The notes beneath the pieces are model-generated. The model did not search any database. It was not told where the DNA came from and saw only the letters and a list, made by a program, of their open reading frames with translations. This document shows positions 55,368 to 64,000 of a stretch of 64,000 nt of DNA, piece by piece; positions within the stretch are counted from its first letter, which is position 1, and each line of letters begins with the position of its first letter. The translations under genes were made by a program, and so were the position numbers. This DNA comes from a virus (lineage: Duplodnaviria; Heunggongvirae; Uroviricota; Caudoviricetes). Location of the stretch: the IMG/VR virus record IMGVR_UViG_3300042259_000065; one strand, given 5' to 3'.

Positions 55368-56054
55368 GTGCTTATGGTGACAGTAAAATTAACCTTAAAA
55401 GAATCAGAATTGACTCAAGAATTACTTCATGAATGTTTCGAATACAATCCAGAAGGGTTTCTTATCTGGAAAGAACGTCCACTAAAACATTTTAAGAATG
55501 AAGGTAACCAAAAACGTTTTAATACACCTTGGGCTGGAAAGATTGCAGGTTATTACAATAAGAGAACTGATTCAAAACGTGACGATTTTGGTTATCATAT
55601 AGTAAGGATAACTTTGGAGAAATCACAAGGACTATTTAAATTACACAGATTGATATTCTTAATGCACCACGGATACCTTCCAGCTGTTGTCGATCACATA
55701 GACGGTAACTCAACTAATAACCGTATAGATAATTTAAGGGAAAGTTCTGTACAACAAAATAGTTGTAATCTGAAACTGAACATAAACAACACCTCTGGTT
55801 ATAAAGGTGTACATTCTATAAGGGAAGGTTTTTGGAGTGCACACATAAGGTCGAAAGGTGTAACCTATTATCTTGGTAGCTATAAAGAGAAGCACCTTGC
55901 AGCATACGCTTATAATTTAGCTGCTGAGGTCTTGCATAAAGAATTTGCATGTCTTAATGATATAGAAGAAGATGTATCGGATTTCGATTACTCTTCGAAA
56001 TTCTTTACTGAAATATACCCAACTCTTACAGGGGAGGTAATTTGTAATGGCTAA
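55368..56054 (+). CDS. HNH endonuclease with AP2 DNA-binding domain
   Basis: HNH core HHGYLPAVVDHIDGNSTNNRIDNLRES, then AP2-like YKGVHSIREGFWSAHIRSKGVTYYLGSYKEKHLAAYAYN. Confidence 0.7.
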   Translation: MLMVTVKLTLKESELTQELLHECFEYNPEGFLIWKERPLKHFKNEGNQKRFNTPWAGKIAGYYNKRTDSKRDDFGYHIVRITLEKSQGLFKLHRLIFLMHHGYLPAVVDHIDGNSTNNRIDNLRESSVQQNSCNLKLNINNTSGYKGVHSIREGFWSAHIRSKGVTYYLGSYKEKHLAAYAYNLAAEVLHKEFACLNDIEEDVSDFDYSSKFFTEIYPTLTGEVICNG

Positions 56055-56769
56055 GAAAGTTACACTAAAAGAAAAAGATTTAACACAGAAAATCGTAAAG
56101 GAATGTTTTGACTATCATGAGGATGGGTATTTAATTTGGAAAGACAGACCTGACTATCATTTTGCTAAACCTTCGAGTAAGAAAATCTACACTACGCAAA
56201 AGGTTGGTAAAAGGGCTGGTAGATGGCATAAGCGTACTGATAGAACAAAAGAAGGTTTTGGTTACTGGGTCACTAGCTTGACAATAGATGGAGAACTAGG
56301 AGCTTTCAAGTTACACAGATTGATATTCATGCGGCATCATGGATATTTTCCTGAAGTTGTAGACCATGTTGATAACGATACTGATAACAATAAAATAGAA
56401 AACCTTAGAGAATCTTCAAGTAAAACTAATATTTACAATATGTATAAACCAAAACACAATACATCTGGGTATAAAGGTGTAACAACTCTGTCAAAGATTA
56501 ATAAGTTTAGGGCAGAAATAACCTGTAAAAATGTTTGGTTTCATATGGGTCATTATGAAGATCCTAGAGATGCAGCCTGTGTTTATGATTATGTAGCACA
56601 ATTATTGTTTGGTGAGTTTGCTAGGACAAATTGTATTGAAGATAGAGTTTTTGAAGATTGTGTTAAAAAGAGCACTAAGTTCTATAGGGTTAAACTTCCC
56701 GAATTACTAAATGGTACTTTTGACTGGAGTGTTAACACAAACAGAAGAGGTATTAAAGAAGATGAGTAA
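56047..56769 (+). CDS. HNH endonuclease with AP2 DNA-binding domain; tandem paralog
   Basis: HHGYFPEVVDHVDNDTDNNKIENLRES, then YKGVTTLSKINKFRAEITCKNVWFHMGHYEDPRDAACVYD. Confidence 0.7.
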   Translation: MAKKVTLKEKDLTQKIVKECFDYHEDGYLIWKDRPDYHFAKPSSKKIYTTQKVGKRAGRWHKRTDRTKEGFGYWVTSLTIDGELGAFKLHRLIFMRHHGYFPEVVDHVDNDTDNNKIENLRESSSKTNIYNMYKPKHNTSGYKGVTTLSKINKFRAEITCKNVWFHMGHYEDPRDAACVYDYVAQLLFGEFARTNCIEDRVFEDCVKKSTKFYRVKLPELLNGTFDWSVNTNRRGIKEDE

Positions 56770-56959
56770 GTACTGGGAAAAGTTTCCTACATTAAATAAA
56801 CTAACTTTAGATTTAAGAAAAGTCTTTGGTGCGGGTTATCTTGAAGTGACCCCACAAATTGGTCCACAACGTACCTTCTTATCCTGTTGGGGAGGTTATT
56901 CTGGAAAGCCAATGAGAGACCAAGACTTCCCTTTGATATTTTATGGTGGAGCTAAATAG
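56762..56959 (+). CDS. Small protein upstream of the terminase (possible small terminase-associated protein)
   Basis: The ATG overlaps the stop of the HNH gene (ATGA). The internal start was chosen over the track ORF 56711..56959. Confidence 0.35.
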   Translation: MSKYWEKFPTLNKLTLDLRKVFGAGYLEVTPQIGPQRTFLSCWGGYSGKPMRDQDFPLIFYGGAK

Positions 56960-57142
56960 TCCAGTGGTTCCACATTAAACAACCCTGCTAATTCGAGGAA
57001 ACCTAAGTCTGTATGATATTAGATATGGTAACATCGAGCCGAACGATTAAATTCGTGGGTGGAGAGGTCATCGCTGATGAGTGTAAGCGAGTAGGTGTCA
57101 AGTGGCATCGAAATGTAGGGCTATAATTTTATTATAGAAGAT

Positions 57143-58657
57143 ATGATCCGGCAACACAAGAAATTGTGGAAAGAGAGTAACGTCTCTAAAATTGAACCCT
57201 TGGCTGGCGGGGGTAAGAGTTGGTCATTATTGGCTGACGCATTAAAATATGTAGACTGTCCTTATTTCTATGCAGTATTCTTCCGTAAAACTATTAAACA
57301 ATTAAGACGTACTTTATGGAAAGAAGCTAAGAAAATGTACATGCCATTACTTATTGATAAAAATGGTAAGTTTATTGGTCAAGCAAATATAAAAGAACAG
57401 GAAATGCTCATTAAATTTCCTACGGGTGCAACAATAGAATTCTCATATTTGGATAGGGATTCCGACGCTGAAATGAACTGGCAAGGTGCTGAATTAACAG
57501 CAGCTTATTTTGATGAGTTCACCCACTTCAGTGAATATAGTTTCAACTATATTCGAACTCGTATGCGTTCTAATAGTAAATACTCATCATTCATTCGATG
57601 TGGTATGAACCCACACGCTACCCATTTTTGTCACAAGTACCTAGACATCTTTCTCAGGGATGACGGGTTCGCAGAGAAAGAATTTTCAGGAAGACCTGCT
57701 TACTTTATTGTAGATCAAGGTCAAATTATTACATCTTGGGATAAAGAAGATCTATTAGCGAAGTACCCAAAGAAAAAACCACGTAAGTATACGTTTATAC
57801 CATCTTCTCTTGAGGATAACCCTTACATGTTATCTAAGAACGAAGATTATCGTGAAAATCTTGAAGCGAACGACCCTGCTAATGCTGCAATGTTGTTGGC
57901 AGGTAATTGGAAGTACCAGATTGCTGCAAATGGAATTTTTGAGCGGTCTAATGTAAGATCTTCACAGATTATTATGGAAAGGGATATGCCAACAGATTGT
58001 GTATATTATAGGGCGTATGATAAAGCATCTTCCGTACCTGCCAAAGAAGGGGGTGATAGTAAAACACTTGACCCTGATTATACATGTAGTATACTTTTTG
58101 CAAAATCTCCTTCTACTTCAAATATCTATGTACTTGGAAACTATATCAAAGATAAAGATACCAATCAACAAGTAGCTAGGTTCAGGAAGAAACCGGGTCC
58201 AAGGGATGAGTTGATTCGTGATCAATGTTTATTGGATATTGAGAATTATGGTGATAATGTGTATTGCCTGTTACCTAAGGACCCAGGCCAAGCAGGTGCC
58301 TCAGAACAGCAGCAAGCCATGAAGGAATTAAGTAAATATGGTATAAAAGTAAAGCCTGATCCGACACATGGCAACAAATCTAAACAGGTGAGATTTGAAC
58401 CTTTCTGTGTTCAGACTTATTCTGATAGTATCTATTGGGTAAAAGACACTTTTGATACTGCAGTGTGGGATTATATGCTTCTTGAATTGGAAAACTTTAA
58501 TCCTATAACTAAGAATAATGGTTTTCACGATGACTTAGTAGACTGTTTTTCAACAGCACATGCTGCTTGTGTTAATATCAAAACCCACAGACCAGTCCCT
58601 ATCCCAACAACATCTGTCCGCACAAAGTACCATGACATGAAAAAGTCTATGCGATAA
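57143..58657 (+). CDS. terL: Terminase large subunit
   Basis: Walker A LAGGGKSWSLL (GGxGxGKSW-type), Walker B AYFDEF, and a C-terminal nuclease-like region. 504 aa, immediately upstream of the portal. Confidence 0.75.
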   Translation: MIRQHKKLWKESNVSKIEPLAGGGKSWSLLADALKYVDCPYFYAVFFRKTIKQLRRTLWKEAKKMYMPLLIDKNGKFIGQANIKEQEMLIKFPTGATIEFSYLDRDSDAEMNWQGAELTAAYFDEFTHFSEYSFNYIRTRMRSNSKYSSFIRCGMNPHATHFCHKYLDIFLRDDGFAEKEFSGRPAYFIVDQGQIITSWDKEDLLAKYPKKKPRKYTFIPSSLEDNPYMLSKNEDYRENLEANDPANAAMLLAGNWKYQIAANGIFERSNVRSSQIIMERDMPTDCVYYRAYDKASSVPAKEGGDSKTLDPDYTCSILFAKSPSTSNIYVLGNYIKDKDTNQQVARFRKKPGPRDELIRDQCLLDIENYGDNVYCLLPKDPGQAGASEQQQAMKELSKYGIKVKPDPTHGNKSKQVRFEPFCVQTYSDSIYWVKDTFDTAVWDYMLLELENFNPITKNNGFHDDLVDCFSTAHAACVNIKTHRPVPIPTTSVRTKYHDMKKSMR

Positions 58658-58720
58658 CACTCCTCAGAGAGTTTCTTTGTATTCTCTCTGAAATTTATAT
58701 CCATTATCGCAACACATTAA

Positions 58721-58766
58721 CCCTCTTTTGTCCAATTAATTTTGTGCGGAAGAGGGTTTCTTTTGC
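58721..58766 (+). terminator. Candidate terminator after terL
   Basis: ccctctt ... aagaggg stem with a large loop, followed by tttcttttg. Confidence 0.35.
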
Positions 58767-58822
58767 AAATAATTATCATTTATGTTAAAATAGGTTATAT
58801 CATAATAATTTAAGAGGATTTT

Positions 58823-59392
58823 ATGTCACAGTTACCATATTTTTTCGATGAGGAGCTTAATAAAGTTTCTTGTCATACATACAATGACTTTTTGAAAACT
58901 ATCAATATTCTTACAGATAAAGATATCGATGTCAATCGTTGTGGTTTTACTACTCCATATAATATCTTTTTTGTGGATGGTGACCACAAGAATTACTTTG
59001 CTTGGTACAATATGTTTGCTGCAATGAAAGAAGATTTCGGCATTGACATTGATCTTAAGAAATCTTTCAAGAATCTTTCTGCACACTATCTCTATTTTAA
59101 TGAGAACCCTTTCAAAGATGTTGTTCAAGAAGTTGTAGAAGAATCTACTGCACCACTTATTTCTTTGGGTGTTGATGATACAGAAGAAACTCTTGTAGAG
59201 GAGTCTGTTGAACAAGTTTCTAATGTTCCAGACTATGACTTCCTTATGGCAATGTATGATGATTCTGCTAAAGCAAAAAGTAAAGATGCTTTAGAACGTT
59301 ACTGTATCAAACATTATAATATCAATCTACGTAAGAATCAACCTTTTGATAAGATGATTGTTGAGTTGCGTGGTTATTTTGAAGATAAGTAA
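58823..59392 (+). CDS. Hypothetical acidic protein
   Basis: 189-aa ORF with a AAGAGGA RBS. Confidence 0.45.
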   Translation: MSQLPYFFDEELNKVSCHTYNDFLKTINILTDKDIDVNRCGFTTPYNIFFVDGDHKNYFAWYNMFAAMKEDFGIDIDLKKSFKNLSAHYLYFNENPFKDVVQEVVEESTAPLISLGVDDTEETLVEESVEQVSNVPDYDFLMAMYDDSAKAKSKDALERYCIKHYNINLRKNQPFDKMIVELRGYFEDK

Positions 59393-59409
59393 TCTTTATG
59401 GAGATGTAA

Positions 59410-61089
59410 ATGTCACGTCGTAGAAATCGGAAGAATACAAAACAGACTTCTCAGACAAATGTCTCTGAGGTGTCTAAAGTTAATGGTGTACCAAGCACAC
59501 AGAATATACGACGTTATCGTACAGGTACATCTGGTATTGCTTATTATCAAGACATCATCAATAGATTACAACCTTTTGAGCTTCGTTGGCCTTATTCAAT
59601 GAAGACATTTGAGATAATGAAGAATGATGATGCTATTGCAACAGTACTTAATCTTCATTATATTCTTGTGGAGAATGCTTTTACAAACTGGAAGATTAAA
59701 TACAACAAGAAATCAGCTAAAAGTAAACGTGCTGCAGAATTTCTAGAATGGAACTTAAATAATCTAGATGGTCAGTCACTTCTACAAGTTGTAAAAAATA
59801 TTGAGACTTTCAAAGAAAAAGGTTTCTCTATTGTAGAGAAAGTCTATGAGCAAGTTAAGTCTGGTGAACAAGTTGGCAAGTGGAAAATTAAGAAATTAGC
59901 TAATCGTCCACAACTTAGTTTAGATGAATCAACACCGTTTGAAATTGCTGCAGGTGGACGAGATATTCTTGCTGTTCGTCAGAATACACAATATTTCCAG
60001 AATAAGTTCAATAATAATTTATTTATTAATGCAGTAGATATTACTGGAACTGGTTATAAACGTATTCCACGTAAGAAGTTTATCTTATTTGGGGAGAGTG
60101 CTACAGATAGTACACCTTATGGTCAACCTATCCTACGTTCATGTTATAAAGCTTGGAAAGAAAAAGTATTGCTTGAAGACTTAGAAGTCAATGGTGCTTC
60201 TAAAGATTTAGCTGGTATTATTGAACTGGCTGTTCCTGCGGATATTCTTGAGAAAGCTGCCAATGACCCTGCATCACCTGAAGCTCAAATGCTTGACCAA
60301 ATGATGTTGGATGCTGCAAATGTACATGCTGGTGAACAACCTTACTTTATTCGTCCAAGTGATGTGCAGGAAAGAAGTACAAGTGTTGCTGAGTATAGTC
60401 TGAAGCTACTGGGTATCGACGGTGCAGGTCGTCAGTTTAATACATCAGAACTTATTCAGAAACGTCGTAAGGCTATCTTTGATGTATTTGGTGCTGGTCA
60501 TGCTCTAACTGGTGAGGGTAGTGTAAGTTACAACTCTGCAGAAGTTAAATCTGCAACGCATATGTACTATATCAAACGTGATATTAAGATTATTGAAGAT
60601 GGTTTAAACAACGACCTTATTCCAGAGTTATTGAATGTATATAACGAAATGGGATTATCTTACAAAGATATGCCACGAATTGTAGCTGGTGAGATTGATA
60701 AGATCAGTTATGACGAAGCAGGTAAACTTATTCAACGTGCTAAATCTGTAAATGGTATTGCTCTTACTAAAGAAAATATGATCAAGATGCATGAAATGAT
60801 GGGTTTTGATACAGAAGATATGGAACATTTAACTCAAGAAGAATTGTTAGAGTTAATGGAGAGTGGTAGCAAAGGTGCTTCACGAGCAGGTGAGAGCCAA
60901 GGTTCAAGTGGTACTGGTGATTCTCAAATAGCACAAGGTGGTAACCTTAACATGGAGAATAAATCCTTTAATAATCTACGTGTAGATGCCAAAGGAATTT
61001 ATAAAATGCATGATAATGGTGAACGAGAATATATAAATTTATCAGATTTACCAGAAGAATTGCAAGAAGGTTTTGATATTTTTAAATAA
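59410..61089 (+). CDS. Portal protein
   Basis: 559-aa ORF directly downstream of terL and upstream of the scaffold and capsid genes. The call rests on synteny and size only. Confidence 0.55.
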   Translation: MSRRRNRKNTKQTSQTNVSEVSKVNGVPSTQNIRRYRTGTSGIAYYQDIINRLQPFELRWPYSMKTFEIMKNDDAIATVLNLHYILVENAFTNWKIKYNKKSAKSKRAAEFLEWNLNNLDGQSLLQVVKNIETFKEKGFSIVEKVYEQVKSGEQVGKWKIKKLANRPQLSLDESTPFEIAAGGRDILAVRQNTQYFQNKFNNNLFINAVDITGTGYKRIPRKKFILFGESATDSTPYGQPILRSCYKAWKEKVLLEDLEVNGASKDLAGIIELAVPADILEKAANDPASPEAQMLDQMMLDAANVHAGEQPYFIRPSDVQERSTSVAEYSLKLLGIDGAGRQFNTSELIQKRRKAIFDVFGAGHALTGEGSVSYNSAEVKSATHMYYIKRDIKIIEDGLNNDLIPELLNVYNEMGLSYKDMPRIVAGEIDKISYDEAGKLIQRAKSVNGIALTKENMIKMHEMMGFDTEDMEHLTQEELLELMESGSKGASRAGESQGSSGTGDSQIAQGGNLNMENKSFNNLRVDAKGIYKMHDNGEREYINLSDLPEELQEGFDIFK

Positions 61090-61146
61090 ACCCTTGCTTA
61101 ACAATGTTATACATGATATAATTAAATTATAAGATACGGATTAGAT

Positions 61147-61809
61147 ATGCCTTATAGAACAAATGCTGTATCTCAAGCAAGAAAAGATATCCCAAGTCTA
61201 AAGAATCTTTCTGATTCTAAAGTAAAGAAATTTATCAAAGTATTTAATGCACTTATTAAAGATGGGATGGCTGAGAAGAAGGCTATCCCTTTAGCATTGA
61301 GTCAAGTTAATAAAGAAGCTAAGGAAAACTCTTCAATGAATAATTCTTTTGTAGAGGGTTTAGCTAAACTTATCACAAAACATTTCGGTGCTGCAAATAA
61401 TCTTCAACAAATTGTTAAATTTAATGAAGAGCAAATGATTGCTATCGAACCTCTCTATTGTAAACCGATGGAAGCTGACCTTCATGAAGAGGGTATGACT
61501 GAAGAAGAAATCCGTAAAATGGTAGATAACATTAATTCTAACATTGATAAGATTTCTGGAAATATTGGTCATGCTGTTAATACGGATGGTTTCTATTTTG
61601 TTAAAGCTTGGGTTAATGAATGTGATTGTATTATCGGTGATGAGATTGTACCAGAAGGTATGCCTATTATCAAAGTACAATTTGTAGATGACAAGCTTTG
61701 GGAATTACGCAAGTCTGGTAAATTAACAGGCTTGAGCATTGGTGCTCTTGGTGCTGTCGTAGATAACCCAGATTATAAAGAAGAGGAAAGTGAAAGTGAA
61801 GCAGCCTAA
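61147..61809 (+). CDS. Head-assembly protein (protease or scaffold-associated; unassigned)
   Basis: Called by position, between portal and scaffold. Confidence 0.35.
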   Translation: MPYRTNAVSQARKDIPSLKNLSDSKVKKFIKVFNALIKDGMAEKKAIPLALSQVNKEAKENSSMNNSFVEGLAKLITKHFGAANNLQQIVKFNEEQMIAIEPLYCKPMEADLHEEGMTEEEIRKMVDNINSNIDKISGNIGHAVNTDGFYFVKAWVNECDCIIGDEIVPEGMPIIKVQFVDDKLWELRKSGKLTGLSIGALGAVVDNPDYKEEESESEAA

Positions 61810-62926
61810 GAAATTAATTAAGGATATTACATTTGACTTCGACAAAGAAGCAACCAAATGTGGTCCTCATATTGCGTATACACTTCCTATCCAAGGTGGT
61901 GCTGCATCAGGTCATAACACAAGTTTCCTCTTCAAAGCAGAAGAAGTAGGTGAAGAAGTTTTGAAAGCAATTAAAGAACTTGGACTTGAAGAAGTAAATA
62001 AAGATTTTGGTCTGATTGAGAATAAACGTCGGTTTATTGAACATGCTGTACGTAAGCAGTTTAGTGATGATGACGAATGGATTTGGATTGTTGATTTTAA
62101 TGATACAACAATTTATTTCTCAAACTGCAAAGGTGTATATGCTGTAGGTTATGAATATGATGTAACTACAGGTGAAGTAATGCTAGATAAACTAGCTGAA
62201 AAAGCTATCCACCTTAATATGTTTACCATTCAATCAGGTAAGATGAAATTATCAGAAGAAGCTGAAGATCAAATTGAAGAAGGCTTGCTGGTAATTATGG
62301 AAAAAGCTTTTGAAGCTGGTGAGAACACCGAAGACTTAGGTGTTTTGAAATCATTGGTTGAAGGTTTTTCAGAAATTTCCTCACAAGGAGATGTTAATAA
62401 GTCTTCTGGGGAAACAGATTCTGATCCCGTATTAGAATCGAACGTTAACGTAGAACACCCTGATACGGGTATCACCAAAAATAAAGAGGATACTATGACC
62501 GAAGAAGTCAAAACTCCAGAGTTGGATGTAGAAGCCCTCAATAAGTCTCTGGCTGACATGCAAGAACTTTTGAAAGCTGAACAGAAAGCTCGTGAAGCTG
62601 CTGAAGCTAAAGCACTTGAAATTGAGAAAGCTGCTGAAGTTGAACGTATTGAAAAAGCTAAAGCTGACCTTTCTGAAGTAGTTAAAGGTTGGGAATCTGT
62701 AGAAAATACAGAAGAAGTTGTAGAAGCTCTATTTAAAGCTGAAGCATCAGATGTTCTTATTAAAGCTATGGAAGCCATGAATGCTCGTGTAGAAGAAATT
62801 AAGAAAGCTGTTGGTGAAGCAGAACATGGTCTGGATGGTCAAGTTGAAGTGACCTCTGACATCAGTAAAGCCAAAGATGCTGTTGCTGAAATTCTAAAAA
62901 ATCGTCGTAACAAACAATCTAAATAA
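61790..62926 (+). CDS. Scaffolding protein
   Basis: The C-terminal half is an A/E/K-rich coiled coil (AEQKAREAAEAKALEIEKAAEVERIEKAKADL), and the ORF is immediately upstream of the capsid genes. Confidence 0.5.
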   Translation: MKVKQPKKLIKDITFDFDKEATKCGPHIAYTLPIQGGAASGHNTSFLFKAEEVGEEVLKAIKELGLEEVNKDFGLIENKRRFIEHAVRKQFSDDDEWIWIVDFNDTTIYFSNCKGVYAVGYEYDVTTGEVMLDKLAEKAIHLNMFTIQSGKMKLSEEAEDQIEEGLLVIMEKAFEAGENTEDLGVLKSLVEGFSEISSQGDVNKSSGETDSDPVLESNVNVEHPDTGITKNKEDTMTEEVKTPELDVEALNKSLADMQELLKAEQKAREAAEAKALEIEKAAEVERIEKAKADLSEVVKGWESVENTEEVVEALFKAEASDVLIKAMEAMNARVEEIKKAVGEAEHGLDGQVEVTSDISKAKDAVAEILKNRRNKQSK

Positions 62927-62944
62927 TTTAAGAGGAATTAAATA

Positions 62945-63328
62945 ATGGCTACTGGTGTTATTGATACTCGTCCTACTAAAGTAGGTGAAGTTCTTAAACA
63001 TGAATATGTTCCATCAACTGGTTACTGCCGTCGTGAAGTTACTGTGACAGTTCCAGCAGGTGGTTTGAAAATTGGTGCAGTACTAGAATCTACTTCTGTT
63101 TCTGGTAAGTATACTCTTGTTGCTAATCTAACTCAAGCAGATGCAGATGCAGTTCTCATTGATACTCGTGTCAATGATGACACAACTGTTGGTGGAGATT
63201 TTACTCTTGCTGTTCTTGTTAAAGGACCAGCTCAAGTTCGCGGTGACTCTCTATCTTACAATGCTGATGTTGCTGACCCATCAACCGCTATTGCAGCTCT
63301 AGAAGCTCTTGGCATCCAAGTACTGTAA
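62945..63328 (+). CDS. Head decoration protein (lambda gpD-like)
   Basis: 127 aa, Gly/Thr/Val-rich beta-type sequence, positioned between the scaffold and the major capsid protein as in lambda D-E. Confidence 0.4.
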   Translation: MATGVIDTRPTKVGEVLKHEYVPSTGYCRREVTVTVPAGGLKIGAVLESTSVSGKYTLVANLTQADADAVLIDTRVNDDTTVGGDFTLAVLVKGPAQVRGDSLSYNADVADPSTAIAALEALGIQVL

Positions 63329-63350
63329 TCTTTGAGGAGATAATTTAAAA

Positions 63351-64000
63351 TGGCTATTACACATGATCCAAGCAACATCAATGGTATTATTGATTGGACC
63401 AACGAAGTACGAGTAATTGATAACCAGTTTGGTTTCATTCGCTCAATGGGTGGTATGTTTGCTACTCAAGCAACTTCTCAAGATTCTATCATCTTTGACC
63501 GTGTTAAGAACAGCATCAACATGATGTCAGAAGGTTCTGCTCAAGCTAAAACTCATGGTGTTGGTAAAGACCGTGAAGTTGAGCAAATTGCAATGCTTCT
63601 GAAATTCTACAAAGAGATGGATTATATCGATGTATATGATATTCAATCTCAACGTATGCCGGGTTCTCCTGATATGTCAGAAACTCTTGCTAACGTTCGT
63701 GCTACCAAACTTGAAGATCTACGTCTTGCACATGACCAACGTGATGAGTACCTACGTTATAAAGCAATGAAGGGTGACCTTCCTACTGGTGCTGTTGCTG
63801 GTCAAACTGACATGTACGGTGTATACGGTCTGAATAAGGCTGCTGACTTTACTGTTGACCTAGATACTGGTAATACTTCTGTTGACCTAGATGGTAAGAT
63901 TGCAGAAGTTAAGCGTAAAATTGCAAGTGGTATCAAGGCTGGTACTCCAGTACAAGGTATTGACTTCTACCTAGATTACGCTCTGTTTGATGAAATTATT
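63351..64000 (+). CDS. Major capsid protein (lambda gpE-like family), 3' end beyond the window
   Basis: Strong RBS GAGGAG; a long ORF in the expected position. Confidence 0.6.

Noticed and set aside
56762-57230. Terminase large subunit split by an intron or bypass element between ...IFYGGAK and ...AGGGKSW
   Set aside because: The complete Walker A (PLAGGGKSWS) plus ~20 preceding residues lies within the 57143 ORF, which therefore looks like an intact TerL N-terminus. The upstream FYGGAK resemblance is too short to support a split gene.
52748-63360. T4-type late promoters (TATAAATA) upstream of structural genes
   Set aside because: The sequences preceding terL, the portal, scaffold, decoration and capsid genes do not contain TATAAATA at the expected spacing. 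Late promoter identity remains unknown.
1-64000. CRISPR array, rRNA, or prophage integration module (integrase, attachment site or repressor)
   Set aside because: No spaced direct-repeat array, no rRNA-like sequence, and no tyrosine integrase or CI-like repressor were seen. The lone serine recombinase is insufficient evidence for lysogeny.

Overview
This window looks like a contiguous piece of a large, AT-rich virulent dsDNA phage genome. It is gene-dense, built from long co-directional blocks of short overlapping ORFs, has no rRNA and no CRISPR array, and carries many phage hallmark genes.

Layout:
- 1..37400, minus strand: an early or middle region. It holds rIIA and rIIB (very T4-like), an ATP-dependent DNA ligase, ThyA, DHFR, class I RNR NrdA and NrdB, a PhoH-like ATPase, an endonuclease VII-like resolvase, an Rnl2-like RNA ligase, three DNA methyltransferases, an HslV-like peptidase, a serine recombinase, and a Pol-beta-type nucleotidyltransferase. 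NrdA carries a LAGLIDADG intein at the catalytic cysteine, and NrdB carries a C-terminal glutaredoxin.
- ~37410..37500: a divergent sigma70-like promoter pair marks the strand switch.
- 37529..50030, plus strand: mostly small unknown ORFs, plus an orphan IS605-type TnpB, a Dda-like helicase, a NADAR-domain protein, a homing-endonuclease-like gene, and a ~900 nt RNA-rich non-coding island. The island contains tRNA-Arg(TCT) and tRNA-Asn(GTT), both with encoded CCA.
- 50223..52646, minus strand: a four-gene RNA end-healing and sealing cassette (HD hydrolase, metallophosphoesterase, Rnl1-like RNA ligase, P-loop polynucleotide-kinase-like kinase). It is flanked by a strong bidirectional terminator.
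- 52748..end, plus strand: late genes. These include two tandem HNH-AP2 endonucleases, the terminase large subunit, a portal, a scaffold, a lambda D/E-like decoration protein, and a major capsid protein that runs off the window.

The most interesting candidates are:
- the split-enzyme tRNA-repair cassette, together with a second RNA ligase and a nucleotidyltransferase (a likely counter-defence system);
- the HslV-like peptidase with a long C-terminal extension;
- the orphan TnpB with a putative omega-RNA;
- the truncated NADAR, a possible anti-DarT function;
- the intein and the NrdB-glutaredoxin fusion in the RNR operon;
- several GC-richer structured non-coding islands (14.2-14.6 kb, 47.6-48.5 kb, 56.96-57.14 kb).

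All calls come from reading motifs by eye. Nothing was searched against databases.
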